Shown here one piece after another: positions 61,691 through 64,000 of a stretch of DNA of 64,000 nt. Below the pieces are notes generated by a model that worked only from the letters and a program-made list of their open reading frames with translations, was not told where the DNA came from and did not search any database. The number at the start of each line of letters is the position of its first letter. Within the stretch, counting starts at the first letter, position 1. Made by a program: the position numbers and the translations under genes. The DNA comes from an uncultured Pseudomonadota bacterium (lineage in GTDB: Bacteria; Pseudomonadota; Gammaproteobacteria; Ga0077536): assembly GCA_903825645.1 (NCBI GenBank), contig CAIKBL010000027.1, forward strand, positions 35,036-99,035, written 5' to 3'.

Positions 61691-63373
61691 ATGACATATG
61701 ATTTGGTAATCAAGAACGGCACGGTAGTTGACGGCACGGGCGCGCCACGCACTCGAGCAGACGTTGGCGTTAAGGATGGCATCATTGTCGATGTCGGCAA
61801 AGTTTCCGGCTCCGCGCGCCGGACGATCGATGCCTCGGATCTGATCGTCGCGCCCGGGTTTGTCGATCCGCATACGCATTACGATGCGCAGATTTGTTGG
61901 GACGATGTCACGTCCCCGTCCTGCTGGCACGGCGTTACCTCTGTTGTAATGGGAAATTGCGGCGTCGGCCTCGCCCCTTGTCGCCCGGAGGCACGCGAAA
62001 TCGCGGCATGGGATTTGGTGAACGTCGAAGCGATCCCTTTCGATGTGTTGAAGGAAGGCGTGACCTGGGATTGGGAAACTTTTCCGGAATATATGAATGC
62101 CGCTGAGCGCCGCGGTTCTGGTCTGAACCTCGGGTTTTTGTGCGCGCTGACGCCCTTCCGACACTACGTACTCGGCGAAGAATCGATGGAGCGAGCGGCG
62201 ACACCGGATGAAACCGCCAAAATTAGTCAGCTGCTGCGCGAAGCGATGGACGCCGGCGCGATGGGCTTCACCACCACCTTTGCCGGGCAGCACATTGGTT
62301 ATCAGGGTCGGCCATTGGCCTGCCGACTGGCGAGTCGTGATGAGCATGTCGCCTATTCGCACGTGTTGCGGGATGTCGGTCGTGGCGCGATAGAACTCGC
62401 GTTGACCAATGAAGTGTCCGTTCTTTCGCCGACCGAACGAGAGCTCTTGGATCTGCTGTTGACAGAAAGCGGTCGACCCGTGACTTGGCTGGCGTTGTTG
62501 AACCGCACAGACAAGCCGAATGCGGCACAGGAGACGCTTCGTACGGCGTCAGATCTGCTCAGTCGCGGCGGGATCCCGCAGGTCACCTGCCGGCCGCTTA
62601 TTGTGCAGATCGATCTGCGTAAGCCGTTCCTGTTCGCCAACATGGCGTGTTGGAATCCCGTGTTCAACCGTCCGCCTGAAGAGCAGGCGAAGGTCTATCG
62701 GGATCCGCAGTTCCGCGCCGCTTTCCGCGAAGCATTGAAGACGCCAATGATTTTTTCCGGTGACTGGGAACGTGCCGTGGTGCACGAAGTCGAAAATCCA
62801 GCCATGCGTCCCCTGCTGGGCCGAAACGTGACCGATATTGCGCGCGAACGCGGTAAAGATCCGCTCGATACCTTCCTGGATCTCGCGCTCGAGGACAACC
62901 TCTGTCTGCAGTATACCTACGAGGCCTTTAATTCGGATGAGAGTCGGATTCCTGAGCTCATTAAAGATCCCCGCACTATCATTGGGTTGTCGGATGGCGG
63001 CGCACACGTCGATATGCTTTGCGACGCGGGATACTGCACCTATCTCATCGGCACCTGGGTTCGTGATCGCGAAGTCATGACGCTCGAACACGCGGTGAAA
63101 CGGATCACCACGGAGCCCGCAGCGCTATTCGGCATGACGCAGCGTGGCCGGATTGCCCCTGGACTGGCGGCCGATTTTGCGATTTTCGATCTGGCGCGTA
63201 TTGGATCTGGCAAGCGTGGAGAGATGCGCAACGACCTGCCAGGTGGCGGTCGCCGTCTGGTGGTGCCGGCGCAGGGGATGGAATACACCATCGTCAACGG
63301 CAACCCGCTATTCGAAAACGGCCGTGACACCGGGACTCGGCACGGTCAGGTACTGCGTTCGGGTCGTGCCTAA
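61691..63373 (+). CDS. N-acyl-D-amino-acid deacylase (D-aminoacylase) family amidohydrolase
   Basis: N-terminus MTYDLVIKNGTVVDGTG and the metal-binding segment PGFVDPHTHYD (amidohydrolase_3). Confidence 0.8.
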   Translation: MTYDLVIKNGTVVDGTGAPRTRADVGVKDGIIVDVGKVSGSARRTIDASDLIVAPGFVDPHTHYDAQICWDDVTSPSCWHGVTSVVMGNCGVGLAPCRPEAREIAAWDLVNVEAIPFDVLKEGVTWDWETFPEYMNAAERRGSGLNLGFLCALTPFRHYVLGEESMERAATPDETAKISQLLREAMDAGAMGFTTTFAGQHIGYQGRPLACRLASRDEHVAYSHVLRDVGRGAIELALTNEVSVLSPTERELLDLLLTESGRPVTWLALLNRTDKPNAAQETLRTASDLLSRGGIPQVTCRPLIVQIDLRKPFLFANMACWNPVFNRPPEEQAKVYRDPQFRAAFREALKTPMIFSGDWERAVVHEVENPAMRPLLGRNVTDIARERGKDPLDTFLDLALEDNLCLQYTYEAFNSDESRIPELIKDPRTIIGLSDGGAHVDMLCDAGYCTYLIGTWVRDREVMTLEHAVKRITTEPAALFGMTQRGRIAPGLAADFAIFDLARIGSGKRGEMRNDLPGGGRRLVVPAQGMEYTIVNGNPLFENGRDTGTRHGQVLRSGRA

Positions 63374-63395
63374 AACAAGATCAGGAGGGATACGA

Positions 63396-64000
63396 ATGAG
63401 TGCGCTTAATCAGATCATTAGTAAGCCTATTATCTCGGCGGATTCCCATGTCATGGAGCCCCCGGGAACCTATATAGACCGTATCGACCATAAATATCGT
63501 GATACGGCACCGCACGTGGCGTCCGATCCCGTGAAGGGCGATAGCTATGTGATTCACGGCATGAAGGACGCGATCCCGATGGGGCTAGTCGCGGCGGCCG
63601 GTAAAACCGCCGAAGAGTTGGCAGGGGCCGCCCGTACCGCCAAGTTTGACGAGCTTCATCGCGGTGGCTGGGACCCGCAAGCGCGGATTGGCGATCAAGA
63701 TCGAGATGGCGTTGGTGCCGAGATCATCTATCCCAGCGTCGGCATGGTTTTATGCAATCACCCAGATCCGGACTACAAGAAGGCTTGTTTTGACGCCTAT
63801 AACTTGTGGATCACCGAATATTGCGATCCCTACCGGGATCGGCTGCTGGGTGTTGGTCAGACCGCGATGCGCACGCCGGCGGAAGGCATTCGCGATCTGC
63901 GGGAAATCAAGCGGCTCGGGCTGCGCGGCGTCATGATGCCAGGCTTTCCTGTCCTCGAGGATTACGACCACCCCATTTATGACGAGTTCTGGGAAGCAGC
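63396..64000 (+). CDS. Amidohydrolase-2 (PF04909, ACMSD-like) family metal-dependent hydrolase, partial; the 3' end lies beyond the window
   Basis: AGGAGGG RBS and ATG followed by ...IISADSHVMEPPGTYIDRI... It is open to the window end and absent from the ORF track because no stop lies inside the window. Confidence 0.6.
   Translation, partial: MSALNQIISKPIISADSHVMEPPGTYIDRIDHKYRDTAPHVASDPVKGDSYVIHGMKDAIPMGLVAAAGKTAEELAGAARTAKFDELHRGGWDPQARIGDQDRDGVGAEIIYPSVGMVLCNHPDPDYKKACFDAYNLWITEYCDPYRDRLLGVGQTAMRTPAEGIRDLREIKRLGLRGVMMPGFPVLEDYDHPIYDEFWEA

Noticed and set aside
61490-63091. Minus-strand ORFs 61490..62362 and 62549..63091
   Set aside because: Both are antisense to the D-aminoacylase gene, which has strong family motifs.

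Overview
This 64 kb window is a roughly 60% GC gammaproteobacterial chromosomal segment with Pseudomonas-like local synteny that spans the replication-origin neighbourhood. On the minus strand lie coaD, rsmD, two tandem M16 zinc peptidases, a complete aa3-type cytochrome c oxidase and biogenesis cluster (coxB-coxA-cox11-coxC-surf1-SCO-like-ctaA-ctaB), bioBFCD, and gyrB-recF-dnaN-dnaA. Divergent from dnaA on the plus strand are rpmH-rnpA-yidC-mnmE, then an LPS core / O-antigen-ligase glycosyltransferase cluster, ilvE-glnE (minus), and the conserved block dsbD-tlpA-aroQ-accB-accC-prmA-DUF3426-dusB-fis-purH-purD. The window ends with accessory metabolic genes: NTF2-like, SDR, acyl-CoA dehydrogenase, MATE, yceH, tandem EthD, D-aminoacylase and an amidohydrolase-2. 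ftsY (short form) and rpoH are adjacent, but the ftsE-ftsX that normally lie between them are absent. No CRISPR array, rRNA, tRNA or mobile-element gene was found. The points most worth a second look are: (1) two low-GC islands, one holding degraded MntA/HepT toxin-antitoxin remnants between bioB and gyrB, the other downstream of mnmE carrying an unknown low-GC gene; (2) perfect DnaA boxes in a 187 bp AT-rich dnaA-dnaN spacer and upstream of dnaA; (3) an rnpA that has clear homology but no canonical start codon; (4) an HExxH-motif ORF occupying the ftsEX slot; (5) a perfect 10-bp inverted repeat in the rpoH leader. No obviously novel multi-gene system such as a defence island could be demonstrated from sequence alone. 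Coordinates derived from the ORF track are exact; coordinates read directly from the sequence text (palindromes, DnaA boxes, rpmH) may be off by 1-2 nt.
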